Part shown: positions 1 to 10,655 of the stretch, piece after piece
Position numbering within the stretch: position 1 is the first letter of the stretch
Layout: each line of letters opens with the position of its first letter
Source of the DNA: Phyllosticta citribraziliensis
Taxonomy: Eukaryota
Direction of reading: 5' to 3'
DNA length: 64,000 bases
Assembly: GCF_038025025.1 (NCBI RefSeq)
Contig: NW_027117343.1
Coordinates: 62,001 to 126,000, forward strand
Translations under genes and position numbers: made by a program
The notes under the pieces: model-generated
Database searches by the model: none
What the model saw: the letters and a program-made list of their open reading frames with translations, nothing else
What the model was told of the DNA's origin: nothing

Positions 1-518
1 CGAGCGCCGGCGGCAACACTTGAAATTTGCCAGGTCAATTTTAACACCACGAGTGTCAAAATTGCTGCAAGTCAGCGGCACCAGACAGCCTTTGGATTTC
101 CTGGTCGAGACAGGCAGGACGAAATTGGACGCGAGCTTGGAGTTGAACTGTCTGGTACCCGTCCGCAGGCGCTCATCTGCACCTTCGACTTCCTTCGCTT
201 TGAGGCGGCGGTCTGTCGCCAGTCTTGATCTATTCAGGTTTGATTTGGGTCTTTCTTGCAAAGAGGCATGTAAAAAAGAAGAACAAGAAAGAGATTGAAG
301 CAAAGGACAAATTCGAGCACATCCATGTTGCTCTCGAGCCCAGGGGCTAACCAATTCCCTACATGGCTGGATATCCAAGCAATGCTGGAAGTCAGCGTCC
401 CCCAAACCACTAGATCTGCTATCTAGTCGCTTTGGATACCCTCTTTCGTACCATCTTTCCCCTGCCCTTGATTTCCAGCCCGTCAAGGTACCTCTCCTGC
501 TCACCAACCATGAGGATA

Positions 519-1651
519 CTACTCCCCATCACCGTCACTGTCATCTTCTTGATACTCCCCGCCGTACTGCTCCAGCATGTCCTGGTCTTCCTCCATTTCC
601 TGATCCTCCTCGACACCGCCCTGCAGCTGCTCTTCAATCTCGACCAGTCTGGTAGCCTGCTCATGGAGCTGGATCCTCAGCTGTCGAGCCTCTGCCTCCA
701 GTGCCTGCTTCCTTCCACCACCGCTGATGCCTCCCTGCTCAGCCGTAGCCACCTCATGAGCTGTCGATTTCATCGCGGCAGTGGGCTGGGCTTCGTGTTG
801 CTGAGGGCTGAACGCCTTTTCGATCGCTGATTCGACCACGCCACCCAGATCTTCCTTCAACGAATGGACCAGCTGCTGCTTGACCTCCTGCAACATGAGG
901 TCGGTGAGGAGGAATTCTCTCTGGAGCTCTTCTGACGGCGGAGGTGTTGGTGACAACGGCGGCTGGCTCGGAAGAGCACGAACATTCGTCGGCTGCGCGA
1001 GTGGCGTCAGTGAGCGTGGTCCAGCCTGGTTTTGCGTCGTCGATGCGCTTCCCACTTGCTCCGTATGCGCAGCTTCACCATCACCAGTGCGGCCATCCTC
1101 CAAGCCTCCATCCTCTTGCGACTGAGTGTTATCTCCACCGCAGTTGTATTGAACGTGCTCCAAGAATTTCTTGACTGTGCTCCTGCCGTGTCCACATCCA
1201 CCGCATTTGAACAGCCAAAGTTCGGGTCTATGCTGGTCGAAGAAATGGTATCCGAGGTCCTTCTCATGAGCCGCCAAGTAGCCGCACATCCTGCAAGTGG
1301 TGCGCCAGAATGCCGACTGCATGTTGGTGACTGCATCGGACGGATTGTTGTTGGACTCCGCGGCGAGCTTGAGCTGCGCGATCTCCTGCGCAGCGTTGGG
1401 CCTGCTGCAAGGTCCTTTCATGTGCCTCTTGAGATGGTCGAAATTGTTCGTCATCGCCGAGTAGCATACAGGACAGCGGTAGGGTTTGGTGTCGGGGTGT
1501 TCTTCCTTGCAATGGACGACCAGCTTCGTGTGGTAGAAATACTCGACGCCGCAAATGCGGCAGCAGGTCGGGTTGGCCAGGTCGGTTGAGGCTTCAGCTT
1601 CTCTCTGTCAGTGGATTGCGCTGGGCATTGAGCGGATGGGGTCTTACCCAT
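519..1651 (-). CDS. C2H2-type zinc-finger protein with two tandem double-finger modules and an acidic coiled-coil C-terminus (2 exons)
   Basis: The ORF 519..1454 extends upstream in frame. A spliced model ATG G|gtaaga...ctgac...aag|CT gives MAEASTDLANPTCCRIC..H..H..YRCPVC..LKRH. A second module follows: CRMC..H..H..FKCGGC..EH..C. Confidence 0.8.
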
Positions 1652-2670
1652 GACGAAACGGGAAGCTTGACGTGTGGATAGCTGGTGTTGTGCGAGAGTG
1701 AAGGAGTGAGAGGTTGTGCCTTGAACGTGGCCGCGTTTGGTCGCGTGGAGGATGACCTGAAGCGCAAGTGAGTGGAGAGTAGTTTGAGGCGTTGGGGAGC
1801 TGACTGAAGTGGGTTCGGAGAGGGAGAGAAAAGTGCCTTGAGGTTGAGCTAATGCAGATAGCTCGCAGTGCTGGCGAAGCAATCTGGAGCGCGACAAAGT
1901 GGCGAGGAGGTTGAAGCGTCCGAAGCTCAATCGATGTAGGCGCAGAGGAAGGGAAGAGGCAGAGGGGCGACGAGGTCAAAGCGAGGTCACAGAGACGGCG
2001 ACGCAAAAAATGACAACAAAATAATATGTGGCGCGACGTCGCCGAGTGACTCGGCGTTGGCAGACCTCGATTAAAATGCGCAAAGAGTTAAAGCGGGAAA
2101 AGGTTGAGCACGCGGAAAAGGAGGTGACTGTTTGAATTTTGAGAGAGGTGCAAAGGAAACAAATGATTAAAAGGCAAAGTTTTGGGGACGTGTCTACATG
2201 GACGGGCGCCAGAGTGTTTGTTTGAAAGCTGGAAAAGGCAGGTGCGCTCGCCGGCGCCCAAAACATCAATCTGATCAATTTGGTAAAGGAAAACCCATTC
2301 GCCACTGAATCCCATCCATCGCACCATGTCGAGAGGTCGAAGTACTATCCGACTCCCCATCCCACCCGATTCAAGCTGACCCAACCAAGTGCTTCATCAG
2401 CAATTCGACAAAAGGAGAACCGCCCACCGCACAAAACCCAATCGCGGCCGGAGGTGACTGTCTTCCGACTCTCTCGTGCTCCCAACCCCGAACAAAACAA
2501 GCAAAAAACTCCTCAAACTCCTCAAATCTTCATCGAAAGACCCGATCCAGTGAAAAACTCCTCAAAAAGCCAGACCATTGAGCAAGAGACCCGACCTGGC
2601 CATGAAACCCTCAGAAAATGTGACCCCCGGATCAAGTCGAGACCCTCGTGGTGGTAGCGAATGCCTGAGC

Positions 2671-3339
2671 CTACTGCCCCAACTCTTTCTTGGCGGCGTG
2701 CCTGCGATCACCCAAGGCGTCGAGCTCTTCGTTCAAATCGTCGTACCGGCGGTCAATCTCATCGTGGTGAGCAACCATGGCACGGTACTCATCCTCCGTC
2801 GCCGGACCACCCTCCGCCACCGTACCACCCAGCCTTTCTTTGATCGCCTCTTTCTGTCGCCACAGTGCCTTCGCCCGGTCGTCCACGCTCTCCATCTCTT
2901 CCTCCAGGCTCTCCACCTCTGCCATCAGCTCCTCGAACTCCTCCTGGGTCTTCTGCGCGAGCCTGCGCTTCTCCCTCTCCGCCCGCCTGTCTCTCCTCCT
3001 GGAGGCCTCCTGCTCATCGCGAATCCTCTGCAGCTGTTGAGGGCTGCGTTCATGGTCGTGTCTGCAGGACCGCCAGTAGTGGCGACGAAGGCTGCTGAGA
3101 TGGTTTGTCCACATGTCGTTGCAGCCAGGGCACATGTAGTGCGTGATGCCGTCGTGGTCGTCAGCCATGTGGGCGTTGAATTCCCTTCTGGACCCATTGT
3201 TCCTCCCGCAGATACGGCAGACACAAGACCTGACCATGTCGCTGGGAGGATCTGGTTGTTTCACAGTCAGTACGGACTTACTGACGTCCAGGAGTAGAAA
3301 CATACGATTATCGCGGTAGACCGGGGTGGAGGGAGCCAT
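2671..3339 (-). CDS. C2H2-type zinc-finger protein with a charged coiled-coil C-terminus (2 exons)
   Basis: MAPSTPVYRDN, then an in-frame gtatgt...ctgac...cag intron, then PPSDMVRSCVCRIC..H..H..YMCPGC..LRRHYWRSC and an E/R-rich heptad region. Confidence 0.8.
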   Translation of the reverse strand: MAPSTPVYRDNRMFLLLDVSKSVLTVKQPDPPSDMVRSCVCRICGRNNGSRREFNAHMADDHDGITHYMCPGCNDMWTNHLSSLRRHYWRSCRHDHERSPQQLQRIRDEQEASRRRDRRAEREKRRLAQKTQEEFEELMAEVESLEEEMESVDDRAKALWRQKEAIKERLGGTVAEGGPATEDEYRAMVAHHDEIDRRYDDLNEELDALGDRRHAAKKELGQ

Positions 3340-3357
3340 GTTAAGAGATGATCTGGG

Positions 3358-3444
3358 GTATGATCTGAGAGATTCGAAGCCGATTGATGTATGATCAGGG
3401 GTCTCGAAGCCGATTGACGTATGATCTAGGAAATCCGAAGCCGA
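3358..3444. repeat. Imperfect ~30-bp tandem repeat (2 copies plus partials) just upstream of the second zinc-finger gene
   Basis: tcgaagccgattgaYgtatgatc at 3374-3396 and 3404-3426, with partial copies on both sides. Confidence 0.8.
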
Positions 3445-4210
3445 GAGCACCAAATGTGAGGCCCGACGTTCTCAGGGATCGATTGTTTGGAGAAAGAAGC
3501 AGGATGACAGAGCTTGGGTGCAGTTGTGAGGCCGTCAGGAAGATTGAAGCTTGTCAAGAAGAGGAGTGTGGATGAGGAGGAAGACAGCTCCAGAGCAGCA
3601 GGACCAGCAGCCTTTATACCCCTCAGCAGCCTAACGGTCCACCGCCGGGTCAGGCGCCGCAACACCAAAAGAGTCATAGACAGCCAGCTGGCATGATGGT
3701 GCCATTTCGCGGCCTTCTTAGCACCAGCTCCCCAACACAGGAAGGAATACTGAGTAGGCTTTCACATCGACGAACGAAATAGGAGCAGACGAGCTGGGCA
3801 TTTAGGGTGACGAGCATATGACGGCGTGAAGAAGTCTGAATATGTGGCGCATATGACGGCGCGAAAGGAGAGTGTCGGCGTTGTCGACGAATTGTTTTGT
3901 GCTGCCAGAATTGAAAACGGCGCAAATCGTACGAGCAGTGTTCAAAAAGTACGCCGGAAGAAAGGAGGTTCAAGAAAAGAAGTGAAGTAAAACCCCTCAA
4001 CACCGTTTTTGATTGATGACTGACTGAATGACTGATATCTATCTTCCACGCTATCCGACCCCTAAACAAACCAAGAACTCCTCGAGCTGCTAGACCTCCA
4101 GGCCAGAAACCCTCATCTGCTAACGCATAACTAGTCCGCTCCAGGCGATCAGCGATCTGTTCTTCTCCACCGCCCTGCTTAACCTCCGGCTGGCCGCATT
4201 GGTCCTGCTG

Positions 4211-5388
4211 CTAAACTTGTGGGCGCTCATCGTGCTGCGGCTCCACCTCCTGCTCCACTCCAGGCTGGTCGCACTGTTGCTGCTGCTCGACTTGCGGGTG
4301 CTCATTGTGCTGCGGCTCCATGTCCTGCTCAACATCCGCCTGGATGATCTGGTACTGCTGCGGGAATTGAAGGTACTGATCGCGCTGTTGCGCGTCGACG
4401 TGCTGCGGCTGGTTCTGCGGCTGCATACGCTGCTCAATCTCCATCTCGGTGTACTGCTGCGGCTGCTGGTACTGCGTGTACTGCAAGTGCTGATAGTACG
4501 GCTGTGGCTCTTGCAATCCCAACGGCTGCTGCGAGAGGTATTGGTCGACATGCTGCGACTGGTACTGTGGCTCCACGTGCTGCTCGACTTCCAGCGGAAT
4601 GTATCGGTGCTGCTGCGGGAGGAACTCCGGGTACATATCGTACGGACTTTGCTGCGAGAGGGACTCGTAGGCGTGCTGCGACTCGTACTGCGGCTCCACG
4701 GCGTCCTCGTACTGGACATGCGGAAACTGAAACTGCTGGGCCCGGAACATATCCGTAAGCTCGTGCTGCGCGGGTTGATGGGACTGCCGAAGAGGCGGGA
4801 GCGGCTGCTGGAGCGGGAACTGCGGGAACTGCGGCGGTGGATGGTGGTGCTGGTGCTGGTGCTGGTGCGGAGACTGCTGGAGTGGCTGCTGGCCCGAATT
4901 GAACGCTGCGATCTCCCGATCCTGATCCCGAATCAGCCTGGCACCCAGGCCCTCGCGCTCGCGCTCGCCGTTGGCCCTATTCTCATTCTCGACCTGCGGT
5001 GCCCTCTTCATGACCTCCTCCTTCTTCTTCCTCCCACCCCTCCCCTTATCCCTCTTCCTCTCCGCATCGACCTTCTTCTGCTGCTCCTCATCCCTCGGAT
5101 GGCCCTTGGCGCGCCAGTGGTGCCGGCTGAGCGTGCTCCACTCGTCGGTGCTCATGCCGCAGCCCGGCCACGGACACTTGAAGACCTTGTGCGGCGGGTG
5201 GCGCGCGGCGAAGTGGGCGCGGAGCGAGTTTTGCGTTGCGCCGTCCATGTGGTGGTCGTGGCAGAGGCGGCAGCGCTTTGGGTCGCGCATGTCGGTTGGG
5301 CGGTCGGGCGGGTCGGGCGGGTCTGGTGGGTGGTCAGATTGGAATGGTTGTTGCGGGGGTTCTGAAGGGAGGGGGAGGACGCACTCAT
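4211..5388 (-). CDS. C2H2-type zinc-finger protein with a Q/P-rich repetitive C-terminus (2 exons)
   Basis: ATG A|gtgcgt...ctgac...cag|AC gives MNPPDPPDRPTDMRDPKRCRLC..H..H..FKCPWPGC..LSRHHW, followed by a basic NLS-like stretch and (V/M)EPQ repeats. Confidence 0.8.
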
Positions 5389-6177
5389 GGTGGCGAGCTG
5401 AGGTGAGTTGAGATGGTGGCAGCGGCAAACGGTAGATGGAGAGGTTGGACGTTGAGGTTGAGGTTTCTGCTGGTCTCGCGGTCAGGTCAGTCAGTCAGTT
5501 GACTAGGGGCGAACAGAGCGAGAGCGGAGAGCAGCATACACGAAGAGAACCGGCGCCCGGGTGGAAGCAGTGAGGACGTGTGATGGAAAGAAAGCAAGAA
5601 TCAGGAGGAAAGAGTTGGAGCAAAGAAATACCCTTCGACGCCGTGGGCCGTGACTTTGAGCCTGGCCTCGGCGACGAGGGGCGCGTGGTGTTGACGCCGG
5701 CGAGAACATGTCGCTACAGGGGACGACGGGATCTCTGGGGGACGCTTTGCGCGAAATTGAAGAGATGGGTGATGAGAAGACTTCATGAGAAAAAATGATG
5801 ATGCAGTCATTGCGAAGTGTATTCGGGTACTAAGTGTAGTCAGGGGTTATCAGAAGTGCATTCAGGGGTAATATCATCAATCCAGAAAAGAGAAAAAAGG
5901 CAGAGAGCAAACGAACAAGCATTGAGAAGGTCTTCACAAGAAGAAACAACCAGTCAGTTAGTGCTCAGCACACTCAGGGCTTATCAAAAGTGCATTCAGG
6001 GGTAATCCATCCCACACAGAGGACAAGAGAAAAAAAGCCAATAGCCTCCACACAAGCATCTCCAGACAAAGCCAAAGAGAAAAGATATAAAAAGGCAAAG
6101 ATTTGATTTGATTTGATTTGATAGCAGAACCACCACAGCACCACCTCAACGAAAGTCAACAACCAACCCAGCCCAAC

Positions 6178-7185
6178 CTACTGCCGCAGCCTCTTCCCAA
6201 ACTGATTCTGCATCTGCCTCTGATCCTGCCTCTTCCGCAACTCGCGCATGATAACGTCGTTGTCCAAATCATACAGCGTCTTCTGCGACTGCGCCTGCGC
6301 CGACGGCTGCTCGCGCTGCTCGCGCGCCCGCGCCCGCGCCGAGGCCGCCTGCGACTTGATGTAGTTGGACAGCTGCTGCAGGTTCTGGTGCAGGGGGGGC
6401 GGCGGGGGCGGGGCTGCGCTGGGAGGAGGTGGCAGACGCGAGCGCGACGTCTGCGGCTTCTTCTTGAAGATGCGCGTGTCGCGCGTGTTGGGCGTGTGGC
6501 GCGTACTGCGCGATGCGGGCGTGAAGGCGGAGGTGGGGCGGGGGCGGCGCGCTGCCGACGTGTAGGCGGAGGACTGGTTGAGGGTGAGGTTGTCGAAGGG
6601 GACGCCGGAGACGTCGTCGTTGTTGGCGTTCTTCTTGTCGTTCTTGTTGGTGGTGGTGCTGTTTCCCGCGACGCCCGACTCCGTCTTCAGCTTGTTCCAG
6701 TAGCTCGCCGACCCGCCGCCGATGCGCTGCCACGCGCGCGCCGCGTTGGCCATCTGGATGCGCGCGTCCTCGCGGCTGCGCTGCGACACGTTGGCCATGG
6801 CACTGCCGCCTCCACCACCACCACCTGCACCACCGCTGCCGCCGCTGTACCAGATGTTTGCGTTGCGGATCGTCTTGTCGGGAGCGAGCAGGGGGCGCGG
6901 CTGGCGCGGCGCGGGCGTTGGCGGGACGGGCTGCTGCTGCGGTTGCGCGTCTGGCCTCGACGAGGGCATCTTCTCGAGCGCCGTGCCCACGTCGTCGTAG
7001 AGCTCGAAATACGGGTCGTGGTCGACGAGCAGCTTCGCCGCGCCTTGGTCCTCGTTGTGCTTCCAGAGGATCTCCTGGAAGCGCGCGCGCAGGTCGGCGC
7101 GCTCGAAGGGGTCGAGCACGGCTTCGATGGCGTCGAAGAGCTCGATGACGCTGCTCCGGGGGATGGTGTCGATGCCGTCGGCCAT
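6178..7185 (-). CDS. Hypothetical protein (335 aa), low complexity
   Basis: Single ATG-initiated ORF with strongly GC3-biased codons. No recognisable motif. Confidence 0.65.
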   Translation of the reverse strand: MADGIDTIPRSSVIELFDAIEAVLDPFERADLRARFQEILWKHNEDQGAAKLLVDHDPYFELYDDVGTALEKMPSSRPDAQPQQQPVPPTPAPRQPRPLLAPDKTIRNANIWYSGGSGGAGGGGGGGSAMANVSQRSREDARIQMANAARAWQRIGGGSASYWNKLKTESGVAGNSTTTNKNDKKNANNDDVSGVPFDNLTLNQSSAYTSAARRPRPTSAFTPASRSTRHTPNTRDTRIFKKKPQTSRSRLPPPPSAAPPPPPPLHQNLQQLSNYIKSQAASARARAREQREQPSAQAQSQKTLYDLDNDVIMRELRKRQDQRQMQNQFGKRLRQ

Positions 7186-9369
7186 CTTGCTGGGTCGTCT
7201 TGTTGGAAGAAGAGAAGAGAAAACGGCGGAAAGGGAGTCTGAAAGGCGGAAGAGGGGGGACGCGGATGGCAGTGTGCGGATTCAGTCACTTGCAACGAGG
7301 AAGCTGACCGATCGTCGCGACCCGAAGAGAAGCGCAGAATCCTGTCGATTAAATACTCAGCGGAGACAAGAGCGCCGCAAACGTCTGCCCTGCCAGTCAC
7401 CTGTGGTCTGTCAATCGTGCTGCTTTCTGCCTCGGGACAACGGTCACAAACCTCGAGCGCAATTGGACAAAGAGACAACGCGAGCGCCACATTTGCCCGA
7501 CTGAGCTTTGCTCTTCCTGAAGCGGCCGCTCACAATAGCAGCGATGTTCGGAGAGGTAGATCGGCCTTGTTGTCGACTTTGGATCCGCGGGATGAGCAGT
7601 CGGTCCGCGTTGGCCTGGCAGTTGGACTTGGCTGAGCTGAACGTCGTCTTGGGTGGGTGGAGGGAGCGTCGCGGCCGACAAAGTGAACGACAAAGACCAG
7701 TGACGCGGGCAACTCGTCTGCAGCAACAATGCGGCAAAGCGCGACACACCCCAAGCAACCATTGCCGGTGGGGATGAGAATGCAGCAGCAGCTTGCCAAG
7801 TGCAGCTTGGTCTTCGCAACCTGCTGGCCCAGGTCGTCGGAGGAGTCCTAAACGATGCCTTGAACCTCTCCGTTTCCCAAGCCAGCTTGCGCTTGACTGT
7901 CCACACCTCTATCAGCGCTGATATCCAGCTTCCAGCTGATTGCGATTGCTGTTCCAGGCAGCGGAGCCGACTCGACGGTGAGAAACGACGCGGTCGACAA
8001 AATGCAGGCAAGACAAAGCTTGACGACGCGAGCAACCCATCCGCAGCAACAATGCAACAAAGCGCAACGTGCAACACGCAACACGCAACCAAACAAGCAG
8101 CGGGGAAGCGTCGAATACGAGGAGGAAATAGGTAGATGACGGAGTGAGAGAGCCAAAATGAAACAGTCAGTAAGAGAGAGAGAGAGAGAGGAAGACAAGT
8201 AGACGGACAAACAGAGAGAGGGGGATGGGGGAAATCCATTTCATTTGCAACTTGACCAACTACTTCCTCTCACATAGCTAGCGACGACAGTCTGTCTACC
8301 GTAGTATGCCAGTGTCGTGATTCCACCACCAGCAAGGAAGCACACACGCACCTCTCTATCTACCCATCGCCTTGGACCATCGCATCCCACAGCGAAACAA
8401 TCAGTGTCTTGTGCCAGACCACCACTATCCATCCATCCACCTGCTGCCAGCGACTTCTCTCCACCCACTCATTCCCCGCGCATCCACTCAGCCAGCCAGA
8501 CCAGCCAGCGCCATGGTGTAAAGAAACGGGGGACGAGCGACCGAGCGAACAAAGAGCCATACCCACACCCACGACAACAACGACAAAGCGAGCGAGCGAC
8601 GAAAACGTCAACCCGCCCTTGTCCGCACCACACAACCAGCGACAACAACACAAAACTCAAGAAAAACAGCAAGGAAAAAAGTTTCATGGCAATTTGACTA
8701 CTCGAGTGAGCGTAAAAGAGAGAGAGAGTGAGAGTGTCTGTTCGGTTTGATTCATCTCGTTCCAGCTAAGGTCGATGACAACGACAAAGAGCGGCAGAAA
8801 AAGCAAAAGCAAAAGCAACAACGGCAACAACAAAAAGTAACCCAAGGAAGAAAAAAACCAAGGAAAAGGTCTGTGGTCATTCTAGTGGTAATAGTAGAGG
8901 TAGCGAGTAGTAATTTTGATCGCAAACGAAACAAGGAAAAAGCGCCCAAGGAAAAGCGCCAAAGGTCGTGGTCGGTCGGTTCAAAGACGGTGTGGTGTGT
9001 TGGACATTTGTTTTGCGTCTCGGGTGACGAGGAAGCGCAGTGCCGTTTCTTTTTTTACGTGCATCTGCATTTTTCTCGTCGCCCCGATCGACAAGGAAAA
9101 GGAAAAAGGCGTAGTAGTGCAGAGTTTTCGTGTCGCCAGAGGCAGACTTGGGAATGAAGGGCTAGCGAGCGAAGGGGCCCGCAGAAAAAGGAAGAAGCAA
9201 AAGCAGAGCAGCAGATGCGCAAGGTTCGAGTCAAGTCGACGGAAGGGGTATCATGCTCGCAAAAGTATTGTTTGGTGGTGTACTTCGGTCGGTCGGTCGG
9301 TCGGGTGGTGGTTGAATGTCGTTGTCGTAGTCTAAGATGTCGATGGTGAAAGCGGCGAGGCATCGGGTT

Positions 9370-9735
9370 TTATATGAGGACGACCCATGGCGTCGCGAGT
9401 GACAGTATGAGGAGGATGATGAGAGCCAGCTGATAGAACGACGGCAGCTGATGGTGGTCTGAGTGGTTGATGTTGACAGCCCCGAGAATGGCGTATGCGG
9501 CGAAGCTTGGTGACGTGATGATAGCGGATAGGAGCCCGGGTGAAAGTGGTAAGGCTGCTCGGAAAATGAGCGCAATAGTGGCGAGCGTGATCCATGCGGC
9601 AATGGCGCCAGTAAGAAGAGTCCAAAATGCTGTGTTCACGATGTCTCGATGAGCTTGTAGCGACTGGTGAGGAGGAAATGTAGATGGTTCGGTCTCATAG
9701 TCGGGGGGAAGGTCGAGCAAAGATGGGCCGCCCAT
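9370..9735 (-). CDS. Small hypothetical membrane protein (~3 hydrophobic segments)
   Basis: 121-aa ORF with long hydrophobic stretches. A TATAAAA sequence lies on the minus strand about 50 bp upstream (plus-strand ttttata at 9782-9788). Confidence 0.55.
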   Translation of the reverse strand: MGGPSLLDLPPDYETEPSTFPPHQSLQAHRDIVNTAFWTLLTGAIAAWITLATIALIFRAALPLSPGLLSAIITSPSFAAYAILGAVNINHSDHHQLPSFYQLALIILLILSLATPWVVLI

Positions 9736-10655
9736 GGTGAAGTCTTGTTTAAGGATGGTGACCGGGGCGGTGTTGCTCTAGTTTTATAGAGCGAGCCTTC
9801 CTTTTTGGGATGGTGAACCATGGAAGCTACGAGCCAAAAGTTGCAACGATGGAAGGCTCAACTTGACGCCCAGAAGCAGTGGTGCAGGCAGTACCGCTAC
9901 TCCAAGCATGTTCAAGGTAGGTAGGGAGAGTCTCGTCACGTGCCGGCATCAGCATCGCTTGAGAAGTTTCCAGTCCTGCCACGCGTCAGTCATTGGGGCC
10001 GGCTTGTCCGTGTCGATGTTCAATGTACCAGTGGATTGGATTGCGGATTACGGATTCTGATGGTAAGGTCGATGGATGGAGGAGAGGAGGTCGAGGTAAA
10101 AAGAGCTCACCCTCAAGCAAGAGCAAGAGTAAAAGATGGAGATCGCCGCCAGACGGTGCGACCCCAAGAAGAAGAAAAGGTGCAACAGCAGCAACACCCC
10201 AAGCAGCGCAGCAACGCCGCCGCCAGATATGCCAGCCAAAGCCAGATGACAACGCCGTCTGTCGAGAGAAGATTCGGTGAGGGGGGGCCAGGAAACAATC
10301 CCAAGAATACTCTCTCCCAAATAAAGGAGAAAACCCCCTCCCCCAGTCTTCACAAAAACACAAAATCAAAAAGCTCCGTAATGAAACCCGGGTATCTGGC
10401 TCTCTGCTCTGACAATGTCGATAGATGATGATGAGGGGGATGGATGAAAAGGACGCAGCCCAGCTCCGGGTTTCAATAATTGTGGCCGGAGAGGGTGGTG
10501 TTGTGGTGGTGGTGCTGCCGCAGCAGTCTATCCACGTGTGGCCGGCCGGGGGCAGGGACAGCCCGAGTCGTCTCAGTCGCCTCCTGTTCTTCTGCTCCAC
10601 ATTCCCCCGCGTGGCCACACAAATCATCTTCCATCTCGTCTGGCGCGAATGCCCT

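Noticed and set aside
4199..5365. 388-aa Leu/Val/Arg-rich plus-strand ORF
   Set aside because: It is the antisense shadow of the Gln-rich zinc-finger gene (CAG codons read as CTG).
2000..5760. CGCGAAA (SCB/MCB-like) motifs upstream of the zinc-finger genes
   Set aside because: The exact motif is present for only two of the three genes and also occurs elsewhere, including in coding DNA, so it cannot be told from chance.
6118..7242. 374-aa plus-strand ORF and other long overlapping ORFs in GC-rich genes (e.g. 10425..11372, 13833..14654)
   Set aside because: They are antisense or alternative-frame shadows of high-GC3 genes and have no motifs of their own.
7400..9300. Several 100-280 aa ORFs in the simple-repeat-rich spacer
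   Set aside because: They are low-complexity translations of microsatellite-like DNA with no coding-like codon pattern.
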